In this document: positions 18,895 to 28,322 of the stretch, piece by piece | Layout: each line of letters opens with the position of its first letter | Numbering within the stretch: the first letter of the stretch is position 1 | IMG/VR virus record: IMGVR_UViG_3300025141_015960 | Span: 1-30,566 of that record | From: a virus | Lineage: Duplodnaviria; Caudoviricetes | Reading direction: 5' to 3' (one strand) | DNA length: 30,566 bases | Translations under genes and position numbers: made by a program | The notes under the pieces: generated by a model | What the model was told of the DNA's origin: nothing | The model's input: only the letters and a program-made list of their open reading frames with translations | Database searches by the model: none

Positions 18895-19342
18895 CATCGT
18901 TATTATTTTTAAAGTTCAATCTTTCTTCATAGATTGCTTCTTTTAACAGTGTTGTGGAGAAATCATGATCTCGTTCATGATAGTAAATGGGTTTTTTTAA
19001 TTCAGAGCCGGTAAATTTTTCTCTACCTTTATAATCCGTACCCAGTATTCTAACATCGTGTGGTGTGGATTTTAGTAGGTTTAAAAGTTCGCTCTCAGTA
19101 TTGTAAGTTATAATCTCATCAATATATTTTATCGAAGCCAAAATCTCAATTCGACTTTTAAGTGTTTGAACTGGCTTACACTTATCCGGGCGGTCTAAGG
19201 TAGGGTCACCCTGCAAGGCTATTACTAAAATCTTGCATTGTTTTTTCCCGTCTTGGAACATTCTAATGTAGCCTGGGTGTATTACATCAAATGAACCACA
19301 AATAATTCCCTTATCGTACTTTTTGAATTCTTGACTAGTCAC
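18887..19342 (-). CDS. Cytidylyltransferase-like (TagD/RfaE-II family) nucleotidyltransferase (~151 aa; probable GTG start)
   Basis: GIICGSFDVIHPGY, LVIALQGDP..DRPDKCKPVQ...R...L..IKYIDEI, LGTDY, and C-terminal STTLLK. Confidence 0.85.
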   Translation of the reverse strand: MTSQEFKKYDKGIICGSFDVIHPGYIRMFQDGKKQCKILVIALQGDPTLDRPDKCKPVQTLKSRIEILASIKYIDEIITYNTESELLNLLKSTPHDVRILGTDYKGREKFTGSELKKPIYYHERDHDFSTTLLKEAIYEERLNFKNNNDVE

Positions 19343-19709
19343 CTTTAATAATCCTGTGGCTATCACTATCAAAGTGTTGTGTAGAAAACTCAAATAGTTC
19401 TGTATCTTTTAAGGCTATCATCTGGTGTCTCAATCCTCGATACACATGAAAGTTGTCGCCGGCTAAGAGTATTATCTCTTCCGCTTTGTCTAGGTCGTCG
19501 CCTTCAGAAAATTTTACTAAAATTTCTCCTGACTGAACGTAGAAAACTTCATCCTTTAACTTGTGATAGTGCCAAGAACATCTTTTCCCCTTGACAAAGT
19601 ACAAAAGTTTACCACAATATTCTTCATTATTGACGATCCACTTTTCGAAACCCCAACCCTTAGGTACGAAATTAATTTCTAGTTCTGTTTTTGAAAGAAC
19701 ACTACTCAT
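19335..19709 (-). CDS. Cupin protein, mannose-6-phosphate isomerase (type II)-like / sugar isomerase (~124 aa)
   Basis: VPKGWGFEKWI...YCGKLL...SWHYHKLKDEVFYVQSG...HVYRGLRHQM cupin metal motifs. ATG at 19709 lies just after the upstream stop. Confidence 0.8.
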   Translation of the reverse strand: MSSVLSKTELEINFVPKGWGFEKWIVNNEEYCGKLLYFVKGKRCSWHYHKLKDEVFYVQSGEILVKFSEGDDLDKAEEIILLAGDNFHVYRGLRHQMIALKDTELFEFSTQHFDSDSHRIIKGD

Positions 19710-19713
19710 AATG

Positions 19714-20565
19714 TTACTCTTCGGTTTTTTCTGAAACTGCGCCCTTGATTTTTGACCAGTCAATGTCTGATCTCACAATCTTGTTTCGCTCCCAAACAGA
19801 CTTCATTACCATAGGCTCTACGCCATTTTCTTCGAAATAACCGATGAAAGCATTGATATCCTTGGGAAAACACTTCCCTCCGAACCCTCTATCTCCATCA
19901 TGGCCTGGTACATCTATATGAGAATTACCAATTCTTCCATCTGTGATAAACCCTTCCATTATATTGTCCCAATCTAAATTAGATTTTTCAGCCATGAGAT
20001 ACATTTCATTCATATAAGAAATCTTTGTTGCGAAAAAACAGTTACACATGTATTTAATAAACTCTGCAGATCGTGAATCTGTCAAAACAATCTTTGTATA
20101 AGGAAATCTATCTCTATAGAGCTCCTCTACTTTCTTAATATCTTGTGGATCACCTCCCAGTACTATTCTGGAAGCATTTATAAAATCTAGGTTGGCAGCT
20201 CTTTCAGTCAAAAACTCAGGATTAAAAACGATCTTCATTTTTGGATAGAGAGATTTGTATCTACTAGTGGTACCGGGAACAACAGTAGATTTTATGATAA
20301 AAATGGTTTCCCTGTTCTTTGATACATTATTAATATCTTCAAATACAGAATCCATTATTCTTAGATCAATTGACCCTCCATCAACTGTTTGCATTGGAGT
20401 TGGAACTCCCACAAAGACAAAATCCGACTCATTTACAGTTTCATCTAAAGAATGCATTGAATTTTTTGGATCTTTGTCGTAGACTCTTACATTAGAATGA
20501 AGACCAAAACCGGCTGCAATAGCAGATCCCACAAAACCTTTTCCAATCAAACCTATATTTTTCAT
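19714..20565 (-). CDS. ugd: UDP-glucose/GDP-mannose dehydrogenase family, short form (283 aa)
   Basis: IGKGFVG Rossmann motif, VPTP, IKSTVVPGT, FNPEFL, AEFIKY..N.F.A.KI...NE, and catalytic GFGGKCFPKD. Confidence 0.88.
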   Translation of the reverse strand: MKNIGLIGKGFVGSAIAAGFGLHSNVRVYDKDPKNSMHSLDETVNESDFVFVGVPTPMQTVDGGSIDLRIMDSVFEDINNVSKNRETIFIIKSTVVPGTTSRYKSLYPKMKIVFNPEFLTERAANLDFINASRIVLGGDPQDIKKVEELYRDRFPYTKIVLTDSRSAEFIKYMCNCFFATKISYMNEMYLMAEKSNLDWDNIMEGFITDGRIGNSHIDVPGHDGDRGFGGKCFPKDINAFIGYFEENGVEPMVMKSVWERNKIVRSDIDWSKIKGAVSEKTEE

Positions 20566-20594
20566 GTTTTATCTCTCTTTGACAAGTACATCAT

Positions 20595-21443
20595 TTACTC
20601 CTTCAAGTTCATTATATAGCTAGCTACCTCTTCTGGCTCAGGATCTTTTCCTGGGACCATGGACGTGCTCACATGAAATGGATTCCACATGTACGTGTAT
20701 CTAGGTAAATTTTTATTGGGATTATCTGTCCACCATACTTGGGGACACCCTGAAAGGGCTGCTAGATGAAGAGGTCCGGAAGATGGTCCTACTATACATT
20801 TGGCATGCCTCATCAAGGCTGTTACTTTCTCTAGACTTACATCTCGATAATCTACTGTATTGGGAACTTCAAAAGAATCATGACTGGTTCCAATACATCC
20901 TATTTTTATGTCCGGCCCTAGCATACTTTCCAATTTTTTCCATTTGTCTAGGTTCCAATTTTCATGTTTTCTTACTTTTCTATCTCTAGCATGAAATAAC
21001 ACATCCACCCTCTCATCAGATGGCTCTAGAGATCCTCTGTATAGTCTGTAGTTAGGTTTTATGACTCCTATGTGTGGAATATCAATTGAGGCATGAGGAT
21101 GATCATAGGGTGGGTTTCCGATCTTTCTGGGTGGCATCCATGTCCAGGCGTAAGAAGAAACAAATTCGACACTAGAAACTTCTGCTAATTGCTTTAAAGC
21201 AAACTGTGGTTCTTCTGTTTGAACTGCACTATTAAGAAAAGATTCAGATATACCTTCTGGATCAGGATCCAACGCAAAAAAGGCATTACAAAAATCTGAA
21301 TAGAGATAGTCATTTCCGGATCGGCTTATAACGATGCAAAAATCGTACATACTAGAAGCAGATCTACAGTAAGCTTGCCATGAAAATAGCTCCCATCCAA
21401 ACTCTCCCACCCATGGGCCGCATATTATTCCTCTTTTATTCAT
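20595..21443 (-). CDS. Glycosyltransferase family 9-like (GT-B) protein (282 aa)
   Basis: NWNLDKW, and SLEKVTALMRHAKCIVGPSSGPLHLAALSGCP resembling the GT9 G.DSG..HLAAA motif. N-terminal GPWVGEFGWEL. Confidence 0.7.
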   Translation of the reverse strand: MNKRGIICGPWVGEFGWELFSWQAYCRSASSMYDFCIVISRSGNDYLYSDFCNAFFALDPDPEGISESFLNSAVQTEEPQFALKQLAEVSSVEFVSSYAWTWMPPRKIGNPPYDHPHASIDIPHIGVIKPNYRLYRGSLEPSDERVDVLFHARDRKVRKHENWNLDKWKKLESMLGPDIKIGCIGTSHDSFEVPNTVDYRDVSLEKVTALMRHAKCIVGPSSGPLHLAALSGCPQVWWTDNPNKNLPRYTYMWNPFHVSTSMVPGKDPEPEEVASYIMNLKE

Positions 21444-22413
21444 TTCTCTCTTTTACCACTTGATCTAGTACGCCTTTGACGTAATTTCCATAAAATTCTA
21501 AACTATAGTTTTTCTTGATAAATTCTGAAGGGCGTCCAACATTGTCATCATGAGCAGCCAATAATCTTTTAATCCCATCGTAATAATGAACATGGGCATC
21601 TTCTTTCCATTCTATCCATTTTTCATTTGACATAGTTTGAGCATCGACCCAATAAGATTCATCAAATGTATCGGTAAGATTATATCGTGTTCCCACAATT
21701 GGGCAATCCAGATATTGACACTCCAATTGGGCTGCTGAACAATAATCTTCAATACTCAACCATGCTACTACTCGAGATCTTTTTACTGCATTGAAATATT
21801 CTTCTCTAGTATGATCTCCGTAAACTATAACTTCGTAGTTTACGTCTTCGTCTTTTTCCAAAAGATCTGTTAGACTATCATGTAACTGTTGATAGTTCTT
21901 GTCAATTCGTCTTTTCTTAGAATAGATTAAAACATCATTTTTCTTTTCTATGTCTGTATCTTTGTTTTCTTTTTCAAATTCTGACAGATCCATGCAATAC
22001 CTCAGTACTACGTTTTTCTTTGACTTTTTATAAAACTGTAGAACTCTCTCAAGATAATATTCTGAATTGTTGCAATAGACATCTGCATCAATGAATTGTG
22101 TAAATCCCATTTCCCATTCAGAAGTTATTCCTTTTTCGGCTTGACTTAGTAAGATATTGGGACCAAACCAGTAAATTGCATCTGGGTATTTTCTTTTTAA
22201 AAAGCCATAGAGTCCTGGATCAAAATCGACATAAAACCAAAAGACGTTAAAGTTTTGCAAAGTGTCGGGATGATCAATTATGTTTTGATTGATTTCTAAT
22301 ATTTCTATATTTTCATTTTGCAAGAGTGCCTTTTTATGATTTTGATAAGACACTGCCGGGCCTCTATTAAAATCGGGCCAAGAACACATTAGAATTTTAT
22401 GCTTTAAAGTCAT
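21436..22413 (-). CDS. Divergent GT-B glycosyltransferase-like protein (325 aa)
   Basis: RGPAVSY..., GPNI, and YGDHTREEY...SIEDYCSAAQLECQYLDCPIVGT, a degenerate GT4-type E...E..G.P motif. Sugar-cassette context. Confidence 0.6.
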   Translation of the reverse strand: MTLKHKILMCSWPDFNRGPAVSYQNHKKALLQNENIEILEINQNIIDHPDTLQNFNVFWFYVDFDPGLYGFLKRKYPDAIYWFGPNILLSQAEKGITSEWEMGFTQFIDADVYCNNSEYYLERVLQFYKKSKKNVVLRYCMDLSEFEKENKDTDIEKKNDVLIYSKKRRIDKNYQQLHDSLTDLLEKDEDVNYEVIVYGDHTREEYFNAVKRSRVVAWLSIEDYCSAAQLECQYLDCPIVGTRYNLTDTFDESYWVDAQTMSNEKWIEWKEDAHVHYYDGIKRLLAAHDDNVGRPSEFIKKNYSLEFYGNYVKGVLDQVVKERNE

Positions 22414-22446
22414 TGTAGAAATAATATCCGATAGTGATCAGTTGTT

Positions 22447-23427
22447 TTATTGATTGCTTTCTTTTCGCGCCAACGAAAGATCCGTCTCATACATCATTTT
22501 AGCTAAATCTTTCATTTTTACTTTAGGTTGCCAGCCTAATTTTTCTTTTGCTTTCTTTGGATCACCCAACAAAAGTGGTACTTCATGGGGACGAAAAAGA
22601 CGTGGATCTTGTTCAACATATTGATCTATATCCAATCCGGCTGCGGAAAAAACCTCTTCTAGGAATTCCTTAACAGTATGAGTCTCACCTGTGGCTATAA
22701 CATAATCATCTGGCTTGTCCTGCTGTAGCATTAACCACATCGCCTCAACATAGTCCCCGGCATAACCCCAGTCTCTTTTAGCATCTAGATTCCCTAGATA
22801 GAGCTTATCCTGAAGTCCTAACTTGATTCTCGCCGCGGCTCTAGTAATTTTTCTAGTGACAAAAGTTTCTCCTCTTCGAGGAGACTCATGATTAAAAAGA
22901 ATTCCGCTGCATGCAAAAATACCATATGATTTCCTGTAATTTCTTACTAAGTTGTGAGCATACACTTTAGCACATGCATAGGGTGACGCCGGCATTAAAG
23001 CTGTATTTTCATTTTGCGGAACTAGTGGATTATCTCCAAACATTTCTGATGAACTAGCTTGATAATATTTTGCATCAGGCACTATCAATCTTACAGCTTC
23101 CAAGAGTCGTAAAGAACCTAATCCTACTACTTCTAGTGTCTCCTCGGGTAAATCAAATGAAACCCTTACATGAGACTGTGCAGCTAAATGATAAACTTCG
23201 TCCGGCTTGTGCTCTAGCAATATCTTATAAAGACCGCCGGTATCTATCATATTTCCGTATACCATTACAAAATCTTTATTGTCTAAAAGATGATCAACTC
23301 TATCTGTGCAAATTAGGGAGGTTCTTCTTTTGATTCCTACGACTTTATACCCTTTATTGAGTAAAAAATCTGCCAGGTATGAACCATCTTGTCCGGTCAC
23401 TCCTGTTATCAAGGCACATTTTTTCAT
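22447..23427 (-). CDS. gmd: GDP-mannose 4,6-dehydratase (326 aa)
   Basis: [74 protein letters not shown]. Confidence 0.97.
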   Translation of the reverse strand: MKKCALITGVTGQDGSYLADFLLNKGYKVVGIKRRTSLICTDRVDHLLDNKDFVMVYGNMIDTGGLYKILLEHKPDEVYHLAAQSHVRVSFDLPEETLEVVGLGSLRLLEAVRLIVPDAKYYQASSSEMFGDNPLVPQNENTALMPASPYACAKVYAHNLVRNYRKSYGIFACSGILFNHESPRRGETFVTRKITRAAARIKLGLQDKLYLGNLDAKRDWGYAGDYVEAMWLMLQQDKPDDYVIATGETHTVKEFLEEVFSAAGLDIDQYVEQDPRLFRPHEVPLLLGDPKKAKEKLGWQPKVKMKDLAKMMYETDLSLARKESNQ

Positions 23428-25388
23428 TGTTTGACTACCTCTTCAATAGGGTGGAAAAATTTTCCGCCCTTTCTTCCATACCAAACCACTTCACGAGAAA
23501 ATATTTTCTTGTTATCATAATTCTTCTCTGGCTTGGTCTTGAGTTGACATGGTGTATTTTCTAGTATAGAAACCATTCCTGCTCTAGAGTCTTCAAAGAA
23601 TTGATGTACATTATACTCAAAATTTTCAATTTTTTCATTTTGATTTTTAAAGGTGACTACTCTAAGTTTTTGATACTTGATCAAGTCTTTCAAAAGTTCC
23701 TTATTTTCTTTTCCTACAAGAGGCAGCAAAATACGATTTGCTTCCTTATAAAAGCTATCAAGCTTATTAGATATTCTTAAGAAAGTTGCTTCTTCTGGCG
23801 GCCACACTATTTTTTCAAACCCCTTGACAGTCTGGCCAAAGCTTTTACCGCTCATTACACTATCTAAAACTTCGTCGACAAGCTTAAGCTCTTTTCCTAT
23901 AATGCTTTCTGGATTATTCTTCCCATATTCTAGAATAGTTCGATAGAAATCAGAGTACTTAATACCAGCGTGTAATCTAAGAGAAATAGAGACTGATTGT
24001 AAAAGACCTAACAAGTGCATGCTTTGAATTATCCAAGCGTATTTAAAAGTCTCTCTATACTTTTCTCTGGACATCGTCGAGGTGCCCACCACAATAGTTT
24101 CTTTTTCTTCAACTTCATCTGATTCCGTCACATCTGAGTGGGCTTGGAATATAGGAATCTCTACCATATCCAACATATGTGTTTTTTGATAGGCTTCGCC
24201 TCCCATTTCTGCATTTGGCATGATAGAACAATTATAAATCACAATCCCAGAGTGCTGTGAGCTATCTAGTAAAGAATCTATTCCTTCCACAAATGACTCA
24301 TAAGATTCACCGGGTAGTGGTAAGATTAACTCTGTATATGTCACAAGTCCTGCCTCAACATACTTTTTTTGCAGATCTTTGAAGAATAACATTTTTATAT
24401 TTCTTCTTTGAATTTTGGTTAATGTATCTACATTTAAAGATTGCATGCTGATTGACACGCCCTTGTTCATTCCGGCGTCTGCAAATATTTTGGCTAACTC
24501 AAAAACTGTATCTGTAGAGTTCTTGGTGAAGCAAACTCTAAATTGATTTGGATAACCTTTTTTCTTTTTGTTTTCTGCTAACCTTAAAGAAAAAGCTTTG
24601 TCCCTTTTTTTGAATATTCCATAGTTGGCATCCGCGCCGAAAACCAAATCGACCTTTTTTTCAGTAAAGTAGTCTATCTCTTTCATTAGTCGATCTTCGC
24701 TAAATTTTCTAACTTTTGTAGCAATTGCTGATCCCCAATCACAAAACGAACACTTAAAAGGACAGCCTCTATTAGTCTCCCAAGTAACCATCCATGAATA
24801 GTCACTATCCTCAAATAGCTTATCAAAAACTCCTGTGAGATATGGAGACGGGATTGTCTCAAGATTTACAATTCTTTCTCTAGGTAGTCCTGTGAATAGT
24901 TTATTTTCTTTTCTATCGTAATAATGGGAACCCCCTATTCCTTTGAGATCATTTTTGTTTTTGTCTGTATATGCTTTTAAAATTTCAGCAAAAGTTGCCT
25001 CGCCCTCGCCAATTACAGCAATATCAATAAAGCCATACTCTTCAAAAAATCCATCGATTTTTCCTGGGACTTGAGGACCACCAAAAATAATCAAACAATC
25101 TGGATTATTTTTTCTAACCATTTTAGCTAGTTCTAAACTTAGAGACCAGTTCCAAACATAACACGAAACACCCAAAACATCCACATTACCTATTTGACTT
25201 ACCATTTTAGAGAGTTTTTCTCTGATAAATACGAAGTCTTTGAATGAATAATTGCTCGAGATCTCTCTGCTTTTTTCTGCAAATGATTGAAGAATTCCTG
25301 CACTATATGGGAGGTAAACTTGAGATCCATATTTGTTATTTAATTGTACTAATTGAACAGATATTTTTTCTTCTATGTGTTTCATCAT
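23424..25388 (-). CDS. Cobalamin-binding radical SAM enzyme (~654 aa; start revised from 25418)
   Basis: B12-binding domain ([27 protein letters not shown]), then [15 protein letters not shown] (CX3CX2C), [24 protein letters not shown]-coupled to gmd. Confidence 0.92.
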   Translation of the reverse strand: MMKHIEEKISVQLVQLNNKYGSQVYLPYSAGILQSFAEKSREISSNYSFKDFVFIREKLSKMVSQIGNVDVLGVSCYVWNWSLSLELAKMVRKNNPDCLIIFGGPQVPGKIDGFFEEYGFIDIAVIGEGEATFAEILKAYTDKNKNDLKGIGGSHYYDRKENKLFTGLPRERIVNLETIPSPYLTGVFDKLFEDSDYSWMVTWETNRGCPFKCSFCDWGSAIATKVRKFSEDRLMKEIDYFTEKKVDLVFGADANYGIFKKRDKAFSLRLAENKKKKGYPNQFRVCFTKNSTDTVFELAKIFADAGMNKGVSISMQSLNVDTLTKIQRRNIKMLFFKDLQKKYVEAGLVTYTELILPLPGESYESFVEGIDSLLDSSQHSGIVIYNCSIMPNAEMGGEAYQKTHMLDMVEIPIFQAHSDVTESDEVEEKETIVVGTSTMSREKYRETFKYAWIIQSMHLLGLLQSVSISLRLHAGIKYSDFYRTILEYGKNNPESIIGKELKLVDEVLDSVMSGKSFGQTVKGFEKIVWPPEEATFLRISNKLDSFYKEANRILLPLVGKENKELLKDLIKYQKLRVVTFKNQNEKIENFEYNVHQFFEDSRAGMVSILENTPCQLKTKPEKNYDNKKIFSREVVWYGRKGGKFFHPIEEVVKQ

Positions 25389-25390
25389 TT

Positions 25391-26533
25391 CTAACAATTC
25401 TCCAAAATAATATCGCAAATCATCTGTATGTCTTCATCTTTTAGTTTATCGTGAACGGGAACGTACATGCCGTTGTGGTGAACTAAAGATGCGTTTCTTA
25501 GTATTACATCCTTTTTCCAAAATGGATGAAGATGAATACTTCCACATATTAGTGGTCGGCACTCTATATCTCTGTCTGTTAAAGCTTTCGCGATTTTGTT
25601 TCTCTGAGAAGACATTAGTCCAAATGACAATGGTGACACTTTAGAATTAATGGGATTTTGTGTTTGAACTTTATTTCCCAGTAAATCTTTATACATCTTC
25701 CAAATAGTAGATCTCCTTTCTACCTTTTCATTCAATCTCTCTAATTGACTCAATCCCAAAAACGCATTAAGGTCAGTTGATCTTACATTAAATCCTGGAA
25801 CTAGAAAGAAATACAAGGAGTCAAATTCTCCAATATTGTGTTCCCGAATGAGCTGATTTTGTCTATCTTTAGATAAATCCCTTATCCACCCGTGAGATCT
25901 TAGCATTAGAGAGATTTCATAAAATTTGTCTGTATTGAAGCAAACCATCCCTCCTTCAATTGTTGACATATGATGACCATAATAGAATGAGAATGTTGAC
26001 ATATCACCAAATGTTCCCACTTTTTTTCCATCATATAAAGAGCCGTGAGATTCACAGCAGTCTTCTAACAAGATAATATCATTTTCTTTGCACAGCTTAA
26101 CAATTTCATTCATCTTATTTGGACAGCCCAGAACATGAACTAATATAATTGCAGCTGGATTATGCTTGTCTATAAGCTGTGTTAAGTGATCTAAATTTAA
26201 ACCTAAAGTATCTGGATCTGAATCGCATAATTCTACATTAAATCCTAGCTGCATAAAAGGAGCAACGGTAGTGCCCCAAGATACAGCTGGTGCTATAACT
26301 TTGTTATTTTTTAGATTCTTCGTATACTTTAGTGCGGCTGCCATTATTAAATTTGCAGACGATCCTGAATTGACAAAGAGGGAATTTTTACAATTATTCC
26401 AATTCGACCACTCACTTTCAAACTCTAGAGTTTTTGCTCCCTTTGTAAGTCTGGGATTTGTGAGTAGCCACTTAGATAGCTCCTCTATTTCCTCTTTGCT
26501 AATTGTGTCTTCTACTAAGTGAATACCACTCAT
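25391..26533 (-). CDS. colD: DegT/DnrJ-fold PLP enzyme, ColD-like GDP-4-keto-6-deoxymannose 3-dehydratase (~380 aa; start revised from 26614)
   Basis: VNSGSSANL, PAVSWGTT, EDCCESHG. SFYYGHHMSTIEGG has His at the usual Schiff-base Lys position. LRSHGW follows, without the Cys cluster of RfbH/E1. Confidence 0.78.
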   Translation of the reverse strand: MSGIHLVEDTISKEEIEELSKWLLTNPRLTKGAKTLEFESEWSNWNNCKNSLFVNSGSSANLIMAAALKYTKNLKNNKVIAPAVSWGTTVAPFMQLGFNVELCDSDPDTLGLNLDHLTQLIDKHNPAAIILVHVLGCPNKMNEIVKLCKENDIILLEDCCESHGSLYDGKKVGTFGDMSTFSFYYGHHMSTIEGGMVCFNTDKFYEISLMLRSHGWIRDLSKDRQNQLIREHNIGEFDSLYFFLVPGFNVRSTDLNAFLGLSQLERLNEKVERRSTIWKMYKDLLGNKVQTQNPINSKVSPLSFGLMSSQRNKIAKALTDRDIECRPLICGSIHLHPFWKKDVILRNASLVHHNGMYVPVHDKLKDEDIQMICDIILENC

Positions 26534-27428
26534 ATGTTTTTTTGACTCCCACACCAAAAGATGTAAATCTATAGTTCTTTCCCAAAAGTTTTTTAACTTT
26601 AAAGTTAGAGCCATCTTTTCTAAACTGTCCGTCTAATCTATTATTGAATCTAAAGTTAACATGTTCATTGATAGATTTTGATAACATATTGCATGACTCT
26701 AGAATGCTTAAGTTTTCATCCGGAGCGACAATAATTGGAACATCAGTATTGTGATGTGCTAATAACTTTGGAATAATGACAGCCATATCTTCAACAAAAA
26801 GATGCTGTCTTTTTGGCATTCCAGTTCCCCACATTTCAACTTCATTTGTTTGTCTATCTCTCTCATATATTTTTCTTACTAATGCAGCAACAAAATGAGA
26901 TGTTTCTAAATCAAAATTATCTTCCGGCCCGTACAAGTTTGATGGGCAAAATGTACTATAATTTCTATTATATTGGTTTCTATAGGCACATGTTTGAACA
27001 TGAAGTGCTCTCTTTGCATAACCATATGAAAAATTAGTAATTGGTGGGGGTCCATTAAAAAATAAGTTCTCATCGAAAGGATAAGATTCAATCTTATCTG
27101 GAAAAGCACATGTGCTTAGTGATGATATGACTCTTTCAACATTACATAGATGAGCCGCTCTTATAACATTTGTATTCATCATTATGTTTTTATCAAAGAA
27201 AACAGCTTGATTTTCCTGATTGGCTTTGATTCCACCCACACAAGCTGCTAAATGAACTATTGCATCAGGTTTGACAAAAGAAAAAAACTTAAATGTTTCT
27301 TCAAAGCTAGTTAGATCACAAACTTCGGAGTTGGCATATATCCAATCAGGTTGAATTTTTTGAAGATGCTTTCCTAAAAATCCGGTTCCACCTGTGACTA
27401 AAACTTTTTTATACTTGTCTAGACTCAC
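26499..27428 (-). CDS. fcl: GDP-L-fucose synthase / ColC-like epimerase-reductase (309 aa, GTG start)
   Basis: TGGTGFLG, HLAACVGGIKAN, STCAFP (catalytic Cys), YGYAKR (YxxxK), NLYGPEDNF...SHF (catalytic His), WGTG. Confidence 0.92.
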   Translation of the reverse strand: MSLDKYKKVLVTGGTGFLGKHLQKIQPDWIYANSEVCDLTSFEETFKFFSFVKPDAIVHLAACVGGIKANQENQAVFFDKNIMMNTNVIRAAHLCNVERVISSLSTCAFPDKIESYPFDENLFFNGPPPITNFSYGYAKRALHVQTCAYRNQYNRNYSTFCPSNLYGPEDNFDLETSHFVAALVRKIYERDRQTNEVEMWGTGMPKRQHLFVEDMAVIIPKLLAHHNTDVPIIVAPDENLSILESCNMLSKSINEHVNFRFNNRLDGQFRKDGSNFKVKKLLGKNYRFTSFGVGVKKTYEWYSLSRRHN

Positions 27429-27437
27429 TTTGCCTTC

Positions 27438-28322
27438 TCACTGTTGGTCTAAAGACTTCATACAATCAATAATATTCTTAGACCAAGCATCCCTACTGTA
27501 CTGTTGTACTTCTTCTCTAGCAGAGATTCCTATCTTTTCTCTTTCGTCTGAGTGCTTTAGATAAAAATCAATCTTATTTCGAAGGTCATCTACGTTCTTA
27601 AAGATTACAAGATGTTTATTGTCCTGAAAAAGTTCTGATCTTCCTACCCAGTCATCACTTAAAAGGAATCCTCCGGCAGCCATGATCTTGTAGACTCGAT
27701 CTGACGCTCCCTCTTCTGTACAAAAATTAAGATTAATTTTACTTCTACTTACTATTTCAGAATGAGATTTTCCAAAAGCATTAGTGAATACTGAGACCGG
27801 CTTATCCAGACGACTTAATTTTTCTTCTCTATCTCCGTACATACTTCCAATAAAAGATACATCAATATCTTTGGATAGATCTCTCGGTATTTCTAAATCA
27901 GCATCAAATCCATCAGGGACTCTAAAACTGTTCTTATTAAATTTCAATGCATGATCTTTGACGTTCTCTTTGTCACAGCAAAAAAAGTCAGATATTACAG
28001 TCATGTCCACAAACTCTTGTCTATCCGTATATGCCCATAGAGAATCTGGAAACCAGTAACAAACTTTAGTTGCTTTCTTGCATTCTAAAAAAACATTAAG
28101 CGAGATATCAGAAGCTTTTGCAAGTATCATCAAATCAGGTTCTAGATTTTTACATGTCTGAATCAGCTCTTTATCTCTAGACTCATGACTTCCTAAACTA
28201 GCTTTCCTAACTCTATAGTTGTAGCATATTACTTCATGACCTAGCTTTGCTAGGCCTCTTGCTTGTGAAGTATTGGACGATATTCCTTCATTGTCAAATA
28301 CGGCTACAAATAAAATTTTCAT
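27438..28322 (-). CDS. CgeB-like GT-B glycosyltransferase (294 aa)
   Basis: DVSFIGS...R, RSKINLNF, SDRVYKIMAAGGFLLSD, KIDFYLKH..ER.KI...A match the Glyco_trans_1_2/CgeB pattern. Confidence 0.85.
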   Translation of the reverse strand: MKILFVAVFDNEGISSNTSQARGLAKLGHEVICYNYRVRKASLGSHESRDKELIQTCKNLEPDLMILAKASDISLNVFLECKKATKVCYWFPDSLWAYTDRQEFVDMTVISDFFCCDKENVKDHALKFNKNSFRVPDGFDADLEIPRDLSKDIDVSFIGSMYGDREEKLSRLDKPVSVFTNAFGKSHSEIVSRSKINLNFCTEEGASDRVYKIMAAGGFLLSDDWVGRSELFQDNKHLVIFKNVDDLRNKIDFYLKHSDEREKIGISAREEVQQYSRDAWSKNIIDCMKSLDQQ

